Positions 7,649 to 17,210 are shown, numbered from the stretch's first letter. The stretch: 24,000 bases of DNA from an uncultured Bacteroidales bacterium (GCA_964500535.1 CAZCPI010000012.1:1-24000); one strand, 5' to 3'. Notes: generated from the letters alone by a model not told the origin. Numbers and translations are program-made.

Positions 7649-10177
7649 ATGAATAAAAAGACCGGATATTTATTATTGATTCTTTTTTTGTCAGTTTCAA
7701 AATTTATTTCTGCGAAACCAATAGATCATAACAGAGCAATTGAGATTGCTAAAAGTTTTGATATAAGCATATCCGGAAATATGTTAAGAAGCTCTGTTGA
7801 CTATAATCTGGTTATGACTGATACTTCTGAAATCAAAGACTCAAAATCAAATCTGATTAATTACTTTGTTTATAATATTGGGGATAATCAGGGTTTCATA
7901 ATAATTTCCGGGGATGATGCGGCTAAGGAAGTCATTGCTTATTCTGATCAGGGGTCTTTTCAAAAAGACAAAATACCTGACAATTTGAAATACTGGTTAA
8001 ATGGATACAGCAGACAAATGCAATATTTGTTTTCACTATCTGAATCTGAAAAAGAAAAGATTGCTTATTCTGATGCCGGTTTAAGATCTGCAAATGCTGT
8101 CGTTAATCCATTACTTGGAAATATAACCTGGGATCAGGGTTCACCTTATAATATCCTGTGCCCGTACAGTGAAAAAGATAAAAAGCGTACTGTAGTTGGT
8201 TGCGTTGCGACTGCAATGGCTCAAATTATGAAATTCTACAGATGGCCGGATAAAGGTGCCGGATCAAAAACTTATGCATATGACCCGGATACCACAATAA
8301 AAAAACTTACTGTAAATTTCGGTGAAACCACTTACGATTGGGATAATATGCTCAATTCATACAAGCAAACAACCACACCTTCGCAAGATACTGCAGCTGC
8401 TTTATTATCATATCATTGCGGTGTAGCTGTAGAAATGAAATATAAATCTTCAGGTAGTGCTGCAGGACTGGATGATGCAGCCAAGGCATTTTCTGAATAT
8501 TTCAGATACGACCCTGATATTCAGTTATATTTAAGAGAATTTTTTACAAATGCCACATGGTCTGAAAAAATTATCAGTGAATTAAATGCCGGTAGACCTG
8601 TTTTATATGGAGGAAGCTCTGATGAAGCAGGACATGCATTTGTTTGTGACGGTTATGATGCGAGTGGTCTATTTCATTTCAACTGGGGCTGGAGTGGTAA
8701 CGGTAACGGATATTTTGCATTAAGTATACTGGATCCTGAATATGCAGGCATTGGATCTTCACCCGGGGGATACTCTCAAAATCAACATATTGTAACAGGC
8801 ATTCAAAAAGATGACGGTGTAACCAAAAATGAGTATCTGATGTGTTTATATTCAAGTGGTTTGAGCAGTAATAAAGCTACAATAAGTGACATTACCTCTA
8901 CAACTTTTACACTAAGTGCAGGTTTTGGAAATTTCGGGGTTAACACTTTCTCCGGAAATGTTGGAATTGCATTATTCAAAAATGATGTGTTTTATAAGGT
9001 TATTAAGGATTATTCATTGGATAAACTCGAGACTTACCATGGATTTACTTCATACGATTTTGAGAATCTGTCTCTGAATGGTACCCCTGACGGAAATTAT
9101 CAGATTTGTCTTTATTTCAAGGCAGGTAATTCAAATGAGTACAAAAAGATGTATTCAAGTCCTTCACTTAATAACTATGTAAATCTTACTGTTACAGGTA
9201 AGACTGCCACTATAACCAGGCCTGTAACTAATCCTGATCTGGTATTGACCTCAGAAATATCAACTGAAGGTAAGGTTTATCAGAATAAAGCCGGTCGTTT
9301 TAATATCTCAATAAAGAACAATGGCGCGGAGTTTTATTCTTATGTTAATGTGTATCTTGTTTCCACGATGAATACATCTATTTCTCAATATCTTGGAAAG
9401 TCTTTGGTTTTAATAGGCAGTGGTGAAACCAAATCTGTACAATTAATCGGAGATCTTACATTAACACCGGGCAATTATAATGTTTACTGCGTATTTGACA
9501 GCACAAACAATTATTCTGGTGAAAAGTATAAAAGGGTAAGCCAGTCTGGTTTCAACGTCAAACAAGTAACTATTTATACGACCCCAATTGATCCTGTACT
9601 TGCTTTAACCAAAGGTATCAGTATTGACGGGGGAAGCACCATATATGCTAATACACCATTCACTCTGAATGTACCGCTTACCAATACCGGAGGATATTTT
9701 GATGACCAGATACTTGCATTTATATTCAGGTCTACCGGAGGTACATCAGTAGGATACATAGGTCCTCAAACAATATATCTTGATAAAAATGAATCGAAAA
9801 CATTTAAACTGACAGGATCATGCAATCTTACTCCCGGTAGTTATAAAATTGCTGCTTATACATATATTTCAAATGCGACTAATCCACTTACTCCTTCCGG
9901 TTATTACGTGATGAATTTTACTTTAAAAGAACAAATAGTTGGTATAGAAAATCCCGAAACTCAGGGTATTAAACTGAGCTCTAATCCGGTTGGTGATAAA
10001 TTCAGGATTATAAGTGATGAAAGAGTACTAAGCGCAGAAGTATTCGACATAAACGGTATTAAAATCCTGACTGTTACCGATACGGAGGAAATATCCTCTG
10101 ACTGTCTGAAGAAGGGTTTATACATTCTGAGGGTTAAAACTGAGAACAATAATTATAGTTTAAAATTCATAAAATGA
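7649..10177 (+). CDS. Secreted C10-family (streptopain/SpeB-like) cysteine peptidase with N-terminal Spi-type propeptide domain, three beta-sandwich modules and a T9SS C-terminal sorting domain
   Basis: I set the start at the internal Met that gives the signal peptide MNKKTGYLLLILFLSVSKFISA. Strong SpeB-like blocks are present: W(D/N)QGSPYN; VGCVATAMAQIMKFYRWP (Cys codon 8201-8203); GHAFVCDGYD (His codon 8633-8635); FHFNWGWSGNGNGYF. The C-terminal ~70 aa (LSSNPVGDKFRI ... GLYILRVKTENNNYSLKFIK) looks like a Por/T9SS tail. Confidence 0.9.
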   Translation: MNKKTGYLLLILFLSVSKFISAKPIDHNRAIEIAKSFDISISGNMLRSSVDYNLVMTDTSEIKDSKSNLINYFVYNIGDNQGFIIISGDDAAKEVIAYSDQGSFQKDKIPDNLKYWLNGYSRQMQYLFSLSESEKEKIAYSDAGLRSANAVVNPLLGNITWDQGSPYNILCPYSEKDKKRTVVGCVATAMAQIMKFYRWPDKGAGSKTYAYDPDTTIKKLTVNFGETTYDWDNMLNSYKQTTTPSQDTAAALLSYHCGVAVEMKYKSSGSAAGLDDAAKAFSEYFRYDPDIQLYLREFFTNATWSEKIISELNAGRPVLYGGSSDEAGHAFVCDGYDASGLFHFNWGWSGNGNGYFALSILDPEYAGIGSSPGGYSQNQHIVTGIQKDDGVTKNEYLMCLYSSGLSSNKATISDITSTTFTLSAGFGNFGVNTFSGNVGIALFKNDVFYKVIKDYSLDKLETYHGFTSYDFENLSLNGTPDGNYQICLYFKAGNSNEYKKMYSSPSLNNYVNLTVTGKTATITRPVTNPDLVLTSEISTEGKVYQNKAGRFNISIKNNGAEFYSYVNVYLVSTMNTSISQYLGKSLVLIGSGETKSVQLIGDLTLTPGNYNVYCVFDSTNNYSGEKYKRVSQSGFNVKQVTIYTTPIDPVLALTKGISIDGGSTIYANTPFTLNVPLTNTGGYFDDQILAFIFRSTGGTSVGYIGPQTIYLDKNESKTFKLTGSCNLTPGSYKIAAYTYISNATNPLTPSGYYVMNFTLKEQIVGIENPETQGIKLSSNPVGDKFRIISDERVLSAEVFDINGIKILTVTDTEEISSDCLKKGLYILRVKTENNNYSLKFIK

Positions 10178-10746
10178 AGAATATAACCATAATATCGATG
10201 ATATTTGTTTTTTCATGCCTGATACCTGGTTGCAAATGCAAAGAAAAAACAGCAGTTAAAGCTGATAGTGAGCAGATTAGCATAGCGGGTTCAAAAATGA
10301 ATTCTGAAATAATTTCTTCTGAAGCTTTGCCTCATATAATTATTTATAAAACCAAAAAGGATTATTCAAAGCAGGTACCTGTACTAATGAATAAAGATAA
10401 AAATGATATTGTCAGCTACCCTGCTCCTTCAGATTTAAAAAATGGTGGTGCTTATTCAATGCCGACCCCTCTTTCTGACGGATATTTACTTGACAACAGA
10501 GGCATAGGTCCTGATGTCGTTTTTCTGGATTTGACTTATGAACAATATTCTGAATTTAAAGATGTACCGGCTAAAGAATACCTAATATCCAAAATAATTG
10601 ACAGGAATCCTTTGACTGAAATGTGGGACTGCGGACAAAGGGCAGAAACCAATCCTGACATAAATAAGCTTAACGGGCTGATTAAAAACAAATTTCCCAA
10701 CTGCAAGAAGATTGCTATTACTTTAGAAGAGTATCTGGAACCTTAA
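10174..10746 (+). CDS. Hypothetical lipoprotein translationally coupled to the C10 peptidase
   Basis: 190-aa ORF with a signal peptide and lipobox (LIPGC). Its ATG overlaps the peptidase stop (ATGA at 10174-10177). I do not recognise a family. Confidence 0.75.
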   Translation: MKNITIISMIFVFSCLIPGCKCKEKTAVKADSEQISIAGSKMNSEIISSEALPHIIIYKTKKDYSKQVPVLMNKDKNDIVSYPAPSDLKNGGAYSMPTPLSDGYLLDNRGIGPDVVFLDLTYEQYSEFKDVPAKEYLISKIIDRNPLTEMWDCGQRAETNPDINKLNGLIKNKFPNCKKIAITLEEYLEP

Positions 10747-10755
10747 CATAGGAAA

Positions 10756-12291
10756 ATGAAGATTTTTCTGACAGAAAAAATTCGTCAGCTTGATTCTGAA
10801 ACGATCAGGATGGAAGGAATCGGGTCTTATGAGCTTATGGACAGAGCCGCTGATGCGATCTACAAAAAGCTCAGGTTATCTTTTACTAAAAATGACAGAA
10901 TTCTGGTAATTGCAGGACCAGGGAATAACGGTGGAGATGCACTGGCAGTAGCAAGACTGCTTATTTCGTCCGGGCATAAAGTTTGTACACTTCTTTGCCA
11001 TTTTAAAAAAGAATTGTCTGAAGATGCTGTTCTGCAATATGAGAGATTAAAGAAAACTACCGGAGCTGTCATAATCCATCCTCCATCTGTAAATGAATTA
11101 AATCTGACAGAAACTTTTGATTTTATCTTAGATGGCCTGTTTGGATCAGGATTAAACAGACAGCTTGAAGGGGAATATGCAGAATTGGTAAAATGGATTA
11201 ACAATCAGCAAAAATCCGTGATTTCGATTGATATTCCTTCAGGCCTTTTTGGAGAAAACAATACTGAAAACCATGGACCTGTAGTAATATCTGATTATGT
11301 TATAGGTCTTCAGTTTCCGAAACTGGCATTCCTGATGCCTGAAAACCAGAAATATATTAAGAAATGGGATATCGCTGATATAGGTCTGAATCCTGAAGCC
11401 ATAGAGGAATGTGAAACCGGTTTCTATATAACAAGTACTGGTTATGTTAATTCTATTCTTCGAAGCAGAAATAAATTTTCGCATAAAGGCGATTTTGGCA
11501 GAGGTCTTTTGATAGCAGGCAGTAAAGGAATGGCCGGAGCTGCTGTCCTTGCAGCAAAAGGTGCTTTGAGATCCGGGATCGGACTGCTTACATTAAGAGT
11601 GCCGGATGACATTTATACTGTAGTACAGACTTCTGTACCCGAAGCTATGGCTTCAACATACAATGACGATATGTTTTGGGATGAAACCACATCAGATAAA
11701 ACATGGACTGCGATTGGTATCGGACCCGGACTCGGGTTGAGCGATAATAAAAAAGACTCGCTTAAAAAGTTACTTTGTTCCGGGATAGAAAAAGTTGTTA
11801 TAGATGCAGACGCCATTAACATTTTAGCTGAGGACAGGACGCTGCTTGTACTATTACATAAAGGATGCATACTTACTCCTCATCCCGGAGAATTTGACAA
11901 ACTTACAGGTAAAAAAAATGCATCCGGCTATGACAGAATAGAAGAAGCAGTTAAATTTGCAATCAAATATAATGTAAACATAGTGCTTAAAGGTGCTTAT
12001 ACAGCATGTATTAACCCTGAAGGCATTTGCAGGTTTAACAGTACAGGAAATCCCGGCATGGCAACCGGAGGCTGTGGAGATGTACTGACCGGCATAATAT
12101 TAGCTTTATTATGTCAGGGATATTCCTGTGAAGAATCAGGTATTCTTGGATCATATCTGCATGGCTTAAGCGCCGATTTAACTCTTCAAAAACAGTCATA
12201 TGAAAGTCTGGTTGCCGGAGATATCCCTAATCATTTAGGAAAGGCCTTCAACACAGTCAGAAATTACGAAATTAAGTTACATAAAATATGA
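10756..12291 (+). CDS. nnr: Bifunctional NAD(P)H-hydrate repair enzyme Nnr (epimerase + ADP-dependent dehydratase, YjeF family)
   Basis: YjeF-N motif GPGNNGGDALAVARLL, and a C-terminal carbohydrate-kinase-like domain with GSKGMAGAAVLAAKGALRSG and GGCGDVLTG. Confidence 0.92.
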   Translation: MKIFLTEKIRQLDSETIRMEGIGSYELMDRAADAIYKKLRLSFTKNDRILVIAGPGNNGGDALAVARLLISSGHKVCTLLCHFKKELSEDAVLQYERLKKTTGAVIIHPPSVNELNLTETFDFILDGLFGSGLNRQLEGEYAELVKWINNQQKSVISIDIPSGLFGENNTENHGPVVISDYVIGLQFPKLAFLMPENQKYIKKWDIADIGLNPEAIEECETGFYITSTGYVNSILRSRNKFSHKGDFGRGLLIAGSKGMAGAAVLAAKGALRSGIGLLTLRVPDDIYTVVQTSVPEAMASTYNDDMFWDETTSDKTWTAIGIGPGLGLSDNKKDSLKKLLCSGIEKVVIDADAINILAEDRTLLVLLHKGCILTPHPGEFDKLTGKKNASGYDRIEEAVKFAIKYNVNIVLKGAYTACINPEGICRFNSTGNPGMATGGCGDVLTGIILALLCQGYSCEESGILGSYLHGLSADLTLQKQSYESLVAGDIPNHLGKAFNTVRNYEIKLHKI

Positions 12292-13355
12292 AACAATTAC
12301 TTTGTACGCTTCTTTGCGCTATACTGGCATTAAATGCCTTTTCTGTTCTGAAAACTATACCAATTAACTCTGTAAGCAAACAGGTAGATGGCTATGTATA
12401 CACTTTACCTAAAACAAGGATTATTGTTGAAGTAACCACAACAAGCACAAAAGAAATCCCGGGCAAATATTTCGCTTATTCAGAAAGGTTCTTAGGTTTG
12501 ACAAATGTATGTCAACAGGAAAAATCCAGTTGTGAGATAACTTCCATTATAGTAAAAACAGAAGCAATCCCTGATTCCAAAAACGCATTTCTGATTTATG
12601 AAATGCCTGTTGTTAAAGGCGATGCTAACGTTATGCTTACAAAAGATGGCTTTCTCAAATCTATTAATGGTTCAGCAGGATGTATCACTGAACAGAAAAA
12701 GGAAATCGTCAAGAAAAAAATGATTGAAAAGCCTGATAATTATCAGATAATGGAATCTTCCATTATAACGAGAGAAATGCAACAATCAAACTCAACTTCC
12801 CGTATTGCTGAATTGGCCGCGAATGAAATTTTCAATATCCGTGAGAACAGAAAAAACATTATCACACAAGATGTTGACAAAACTCCATCTGACGGAAAAT
12901 CTTATGAGATTGTTTTGAGCGAGCTAAACAGGATGGAAAATTATTATATGGAGCTGTTTACCGGTAAAAAAGATCAGGTTATTAACAATTATACCTTTGT
13001 ATATGAGCCTGATAATAATATTGAATCCATTCTTTTCAGATTTTCGAAAACCCAGGGTGTTGTTGATAAGGCAGACTTGTCAGGAAATCCTGTGTATATC
13101 AATATTTCAAAAATTCAGGGTGTTGAAAAACCTGTAGTAAATAAAGGAAAATCCCAAAAAAAGGATGCTGATGTCGGTTTATATTACAGGATACCGGGCA
13201 AGGCAACAATTAAAATCACCGATGGTATTAATAATCTGAAAGAATCAGAATTGTCAATCGCACAGTTCGGACAAATATTTAAACTACCTGCAAAAAACTA
13301 TAAGAATATTGAACTTTGCCCTATGTCGGGAAATCTGATTAAAGTTGTTGAATAA
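12288..13355 (+). CDS. Secreted hypothetical protein, DUF4831-like
   Basis: 355-aa ORF with a signal peptide. The start overlaps the nnr stop (ATGA at 12288-12291). The N-terminal YTLPKTRIIVEV ... YFAYSERFLGL pattern matches my recollection of DUF4831. The family name is unverified. Confidence 0.65.
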   Translation: MKQLLCTLLCAILALNAFSVLKTIPINSVSKQVDGYVYTLPKTRIIVEVTTTSTKEIPGKYFAYSERFLGLTNVCQQEKSSCEITSIIVKTEAIPDSKNAFLIYEMPVVKGDANVMLTKDGFLKSINGSAGCITEQKKEIVKKKMIEKPDNYQIMESSIITREMQQSNSTSRIAELAANEIFNIRENRKNIITQDVDKTPSDGKSYEIVLSELNRMENYYMELFTGKKDQVINNYTFVYEPDNNIESILFRFSKTQGVVDKADLSGNPVYINISKIQGVEKPVVNKGKSQKKDADVGLYYRIPGKATIKITDGINNLKESELSIAQFGQIFKLPAKNYKNIELCPMSGNLIKVVE

Positions 13356-13394
13356 TATCTTGTTCTGTTATTGAATTAATACTTGAAACCAGAA

Positions 13395-14054
13395 TTAGTT
13401 CTGATTTGTCTGTATGTGGAAATTACCATTTCTCCATGCCTGACTTATTGTATCTTTTATAAATGGAAGAAATTCGACAGGCAATTCTTTGCCAAAATCT
13501 TCTTTTATCGAAGTTCTGACTGTCAATATATCACTTTTTGCACTGAACTTCATTTCAACAAAATTTCTGATGCAATAATTCTCAAAACGGTCAGATAGTT
13601 CTTTGCCGGCCTTTTCTGTATCAAAAAAATCCCTGACAGAAATTGAAGGAAATTTAATTTCATTAAATGGTTTCCAGTCTGTATCAAAAAATTTTATAAC
13701 ACTATTTTTAAATTGAGCATCAGCTGTCGTTATGAAAGCAATAATCCTTTTGGTTTCACTTAAACTGAGGATTTTAATCTGGATATCTGAAACCTGAGAA
13801 GTCTGCAAAAAAAGATAATCATCTGACATTTCTTTTAAAATCATTTCTCCGCCAAGACTTGTCGGCATAACTGCTGTTCTGTCATTCTTATAAAAATCCA
13901 CAAGGTCTTTTCTGGAATTCAATGGAAGTACAGGCAGCATTTCCAAAGGCATTTTATTAAAATACCATTCAACAGATTGTGCATTTACAACAGTTACGGT
14001 AGCAATCAACAATAAAGTAGTACATAAAATAGCTCTTTTCATAACTGATAACAT
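13395..14054 (-). CDS. Secreted hypothetical protein, DUF3256-like
   Basis: 219-aa ORF with a signal peptide (alternative start at 14042, MKRAIL...). The MPLEMLPVLPLNSRKDLVDFYKN region resembles the Bacteroidota DUF3256 family as I recall it. Confidence 0.65.
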   Translation of the reverse strand: MLSVMKRAILCTTLLLIATVTVVNAQSVEWYFNKMPLEMLPVLPLNSRKDLVDFYKNDRTAVMPTSLGGEMILKEMSDDYLFLQTSQVSDIQIKILSLSETKRIIAFITTADAQFKNSVIKFFDTDWKPFNEIKFPSISVRDFFDTEKAGKELSDRFENYCIRNFVEMKFSAKSDILTVRTSIKEDFGKELPVEFLPFIKDTISQAWRNGNFHIQTNQN

Positions 14055-14078
14055 ATTTAACTCCTAAGGAAAATCGTT

Positions 14079-14978
14079 TTAAAGTGACCCCAAATATAAC
14101 AGAAACATACCGAATAAGACACCAATTAGCATATAACCTTTCAACTTTATATTCTTTTCATGAAACAGCAACGCTCCCCCGATAAAAGACACAATTACAC
14201 CGGACCGCCTTATAACTGAGACAATTGAAATCAAAGAATCTGGTAGACTCAAAGCATAAAAGTAAAGAAAATCGGATAGACATAAAAAGACTGAAATTCC
14301 GATAATTGATAGACGGAACTCAAACCTGGCTTCAGTTTTTCTTTTTGGATACCAGAAAATAAGTAATACAGGCAACATCATTAATATCTGATAGATAGTA
14401 TACCATACCTGAACAGCCATCCTATCAAACCTGTTCATGAGATATTTGTCATATAATCCGCTTATCGCACCTGTAATGACAGCAATGAACAGGAACCAGA
14501 TCCATTTGTTTTTCACAAAGGATACTCCTTCTTTCCTGCCTGCCATTGAATAAAGAAAAAAACATACAAGTGCTACCAGAACACCCAGCCATTGCCAGAC
14601 ATTTAATTGCTCATTAAAAACGATCAAAGCACCAATGAGGACTACTGATGGCTGCATAGATTTAATGGGGCCTGTAAGAGTCAAAGGTAAATGCTTGACA
14701 GCTACATATGCCGTACCCCATGAAATCAACACAATAAAAGACTTAAGCAGTATAAAACCATGAGTCTTAAGGTCTACCGGAGAAACATAAAGTATCGTAT
14801 CCTTGATTGTTTCAGGTGAAAACCTTGATAATAAAAGTGTCGGTAAAAAAATCAAAGAACAAAACACTGTATTCAGAAAAAGAGCCGGAATAACAGCGTT
14901 GTTCTCAAGCCCGCTTTTTTTGTTTGTATCATAAATACCAAGAAAAAAAGCAGACGCAAATGCACACAATAACCACAT
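14079..14978 (-). CDS. EamA/DMT-superfamily transporter
   Basis: 299-aa polytopic membrane protein with about 10 hydrophobic segments in two halves. The N-terminus MWLLCAFASAFFLGIYDTNKK is typical of Bacteroidota EamA proteins. Confidence 0.85.
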   Translation of the reverse strand: MWLLCAFASAFFLGIYDTNKKSGLENNAVIPALFLNTVFCSLIFLPTLLLSRFSPETIKDTILYVSPVDLKTHGFILLKSFIVLISWGTAYVAVKHLPLTLTGPIKSMQPSVVLIGALIVFNEQLNVWQWLGVLVALVCFFLYSMAGRKEGVSFVKNKWIWFLFIAVITGAISGLYDKYLMNRFDRMAVQVWYTIYQILMMLPVLLIFWYPKRKTEARFEFRLSIIGISVFLCLSDFLYFYALSLPDSLISIVSVIRRSGVIVSFIGGALLFHEKNIKLKGYMLIGVLFGMFLLYLGSL

Positions 14979-14996
14979 AATATAATATTTGAAAAC

Positions 14997-15749
14997 CTAA
15001 ATAAACAAATCCTCAGGATAATGGACATTAACCAGAAACAAACCGCGTGCTTCAACAGAAGTACCGGCTTCACACCTGTTTTTTAACTCTATAATGTTTC
15101 GAAAATCATCCAAACCGATTTTCCCTCTTCCAACTTCGAGCATAGTTCCGACTATTGCCCTGACCATGTTTCTAAGAAATCTGTCGGCTTCGATAGTAAA
15201 GACCAGCAGTTCCCCTCTTCTTTCCCAACAAGCTCTTGTAATTTTGCAATTATTTGTTTTTACATCAGTATGCAACTTACTGAAGCTGGTAAAATCTGAA
15301 TACTCAAATAATATTTCAGAAGCCTTATTCATGGCTTCAACATTAAGCTTAGAGCTGATATGAGTTGCGAAGTTTCTTTGAAATGGATTCTTGACCTGAC
15401 TTATTCTGTATTCATATCTCCTTGAAACAGCATCAAATCTGGCATGCGCCTCAGGTCGAACCTGACGGATTTCTTGTACTGAGATATCTGCCGGCATCAT
15501 ATAACTGAGTTTGCCGGCCATCGCAATAGTATCATCAATACGTTTAGCGACATCAAAATGAGCATACATCATTTCTGCATGTACACCGGAATCTGTCCTT
15601 CCTGCACCTGTAAGTTCAAGTTCAGGACCAAATATCATTCTCATTATTGTAGTCATCATTTCCTGCACAGTCATCCCGTTAGGCTGAATCTGCCATCCAT
15701 GATAATTGGTACCATCATAAGAAAACCTGATGAAATAACGATAGGGCAT
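14997..15749 (-). CDS. truA: tRNA pseudouridine(38-40) synthase TruA
   Basis: The YDGTNYHGWQIQPN and catalytic GAGRTDSGVHA motifs are present. Confidence 0.95.
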   Translation of the reverse strand: MPYRYFIRFSYDGTNYHGWQIQPNGMTVQEMMTTIMRMIFGPELELTGAGRTDSGVHAEMMYAHFDVAKRIDDTIAMAGKLSYMMPADISVQEIRQVRPEAHARFDAVSRRYEYRISQVKNPFQRNFATHISSKLNVEAMNKASEILFEYSDFTSFSKLHTDVKTNNCKITRACWERRGELLVFTIEADRFLRNMVRAIVGTMLEVGRGKIGLDDFRNIIELKNRCEAGTSVEARGLFLVNVHYPEDLFI

Positions 15750-15768
15750 GCTTTATAAATAATGCCTG

Positions 15769-15776
15769 CAAAGTTA
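15769..15776 (-). promoter_or_regulatory. Candidate -7 promoter box (TAACTTTG) for truA
   Basis: The minus strand matches TAnnTTTG 19 nt upstream of the truA ATG (15749). Confidence 0.35.
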
Positions 15777-15785
15777 GCAGTTTTT

Positions 15786-17210
15786 TTAGAAATCGGTTGG
15801 CCAGCAATCCGATTCGACATGAGACGATAAAGCAAACTTTTCTATCTCTGAAATTATTTCAGGATGTTTTGCTGACAAATCATTAGTTTCAGAAATATCT
15901 TTACTGAGATCATAAAGCTGCCAGGGACTATCTGTATTCATTTTTATTGCTTTCCAGTTGCCCCATCTTACAGCTTTTGATATACCTCTTGCAGGAAATT
16001 GCTCCCAATATAATTTTCTGTCAATAATCCTTTTGCTTTTTCCCTTTAATACAGGAGTAAGATCAATACCGTCAGATTTTTCGTTTTTATCTCCGGCTAA
16101 GGACGAAAATGTTGCAAAAAAGTCAGGGAAATACGCAGGTTGCGCTGAAACCTTACCCGGTTTCACTTTACCCGGCCATTTTACAATTACCGGCACCCTT
16201 ATACCACCTTCATACAAATCACCTTTCCATCCTCTAAGCTCGCCATTGAGTTTAAGTTGTTCAACTTTAGCAGCACTGGCTCCGCCGTTGTCAGAAGCAA
16301 ATAAGATAATAGTATTTTTATCAAGACCCAGATTTGACAAAGTTTCAAGTACACGACCAATACTTTCGTCCATATGAGTTATTAATGCAGCATAAGACTG
16401 GTCAGTGACCGGAAGACCACTGTTAATGTATTGAGATCTGTCTTTAGCATCCAGCGGCACATGGGGAGCATTATATGAAAGATAAAGGAAAAATGGACTC
16501 CTTTCTTTTAATTTTTCACCGTCATATCTTACACCTTCAGCCATTCGCTTCAAAAAATCAATAGCTTCATTAGTTGATCTGTCTGTATTATGATCAGCGC
16601 GGTTTCCACCCTGATTTGCAGGGATTTCATATTTTTCACGGTTTCGCCAGCGTATATCAGGGTAAAAGTTATGACTTCTTGGTTCTCTGATCAGCCATCC
16701 GTAGAATTCATCAAAACCTCTGTCGAGCGGACCGGCATTTTCATCAAATCCATCCATATGCCATTTATTGACAAGACAAGTATAATATCCGTTTTCACCG
16801 AGTACATTTGCAATTGTTCTGTCTTCAGACTGAAGATTTGTTCTCCTCACCAGACCGGGCATACCCTCTCGTTCTCCCTGTATACCTCCCACTCTGCACA
16901 TATTTCCGCGTATTCTGCCGTGACCTGAATGGAGCCCGGTAACAAGACAGCACCTTGATGGTGAAGAAACACTGGCTCCTGCGTAAAAATCAGTAAACCT
17001 CATTCCCTCATCTGAAAGTTTATCTATGACAGGAGTTTTTATAATTTGGTTACCAAAGCAACCCAAATCTCCATAACCCAGATCATCAGCCAGTATAAAT
17101 AAAATATTTGGTTTCACCGCAGACTCATTTTTTTTGATTGACACAGCATTGGCAGGTAAAGCAGAAGCCAAACCTAATCCTGTCGCCAATATACCCTTCA
17201 GATAGCTCAT
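15786..17210 (-). CDS. Sulfatase (arylsulfatase A / N-acetylgalactosamine-6-sulfatase-like), Ser-type
   Basis: Signal peptide, metal-binding ILADDLGYGDLG, and the sulfatase signature SSPSRCCLVTG with Ser (codon 16965-16967) at the formylglycine position. Also NAPHVP and FASDNGG blocks. Confidence 0.92.
   Translation of the reverse strand: MSYLKGILATGLGLASALPANAVSIKKNESAVKPNILFILADDLGYGDLGCFGNQIIKTPVIDKLSDEGMRFTDFYAGASVSSPSRCCLVTGLHSGHGRIRGNMCRVGGIQGEREGMPGLVRRTNLQSEDRTIANVLGENGYYTCLVNKWHMDGFDENAGPLDRGFDEFYGWLIREPRSHNFYPDIRWRNREKYEIPANQGGNRADHNTDRSTNEAIDFLKRMAEGVRYDGEKLKERSPFFLYLSYNAPHVPLDAKDRSQYINSGLPVTDQSYAALITHMDESIGRVLETLSNLGLDKNTIILFASDNGGASAAKVEQLKLNGELRGWKGDLYEGGIRVPVIVKWPGKVKPGKVSAQPAYFPDFFATFSSLAGDKNEKSDGIDLTPVLKGKSKRIIDRKLYWEQFPARGISKAVRWGNWKAIKMNTDSPWQLYDLSKDISETNDLSAKHPEIISEIEKFALSSHVESDCWPTDF

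Noticed and set aside
13390-13403. Small hairpin cagaa-ttag-ttctg between the convergent DUF4831-like and DUF3256-like genes
   Set aside because: The stem is only 5 bp, it overlaps the stop codon of the minus-strand gene, and it has no convincing U tract, so it is not supportable as a terminator.
14873-15073. 66-aa minus-strand ORF bridging the truA 3' end and the EamA 5' end
   Set aside because: It overlaps two well-supported genes in other frames, and its hydrophobic low-complexity translation is typical of out-of-frame reading of a membrane-protein gene.
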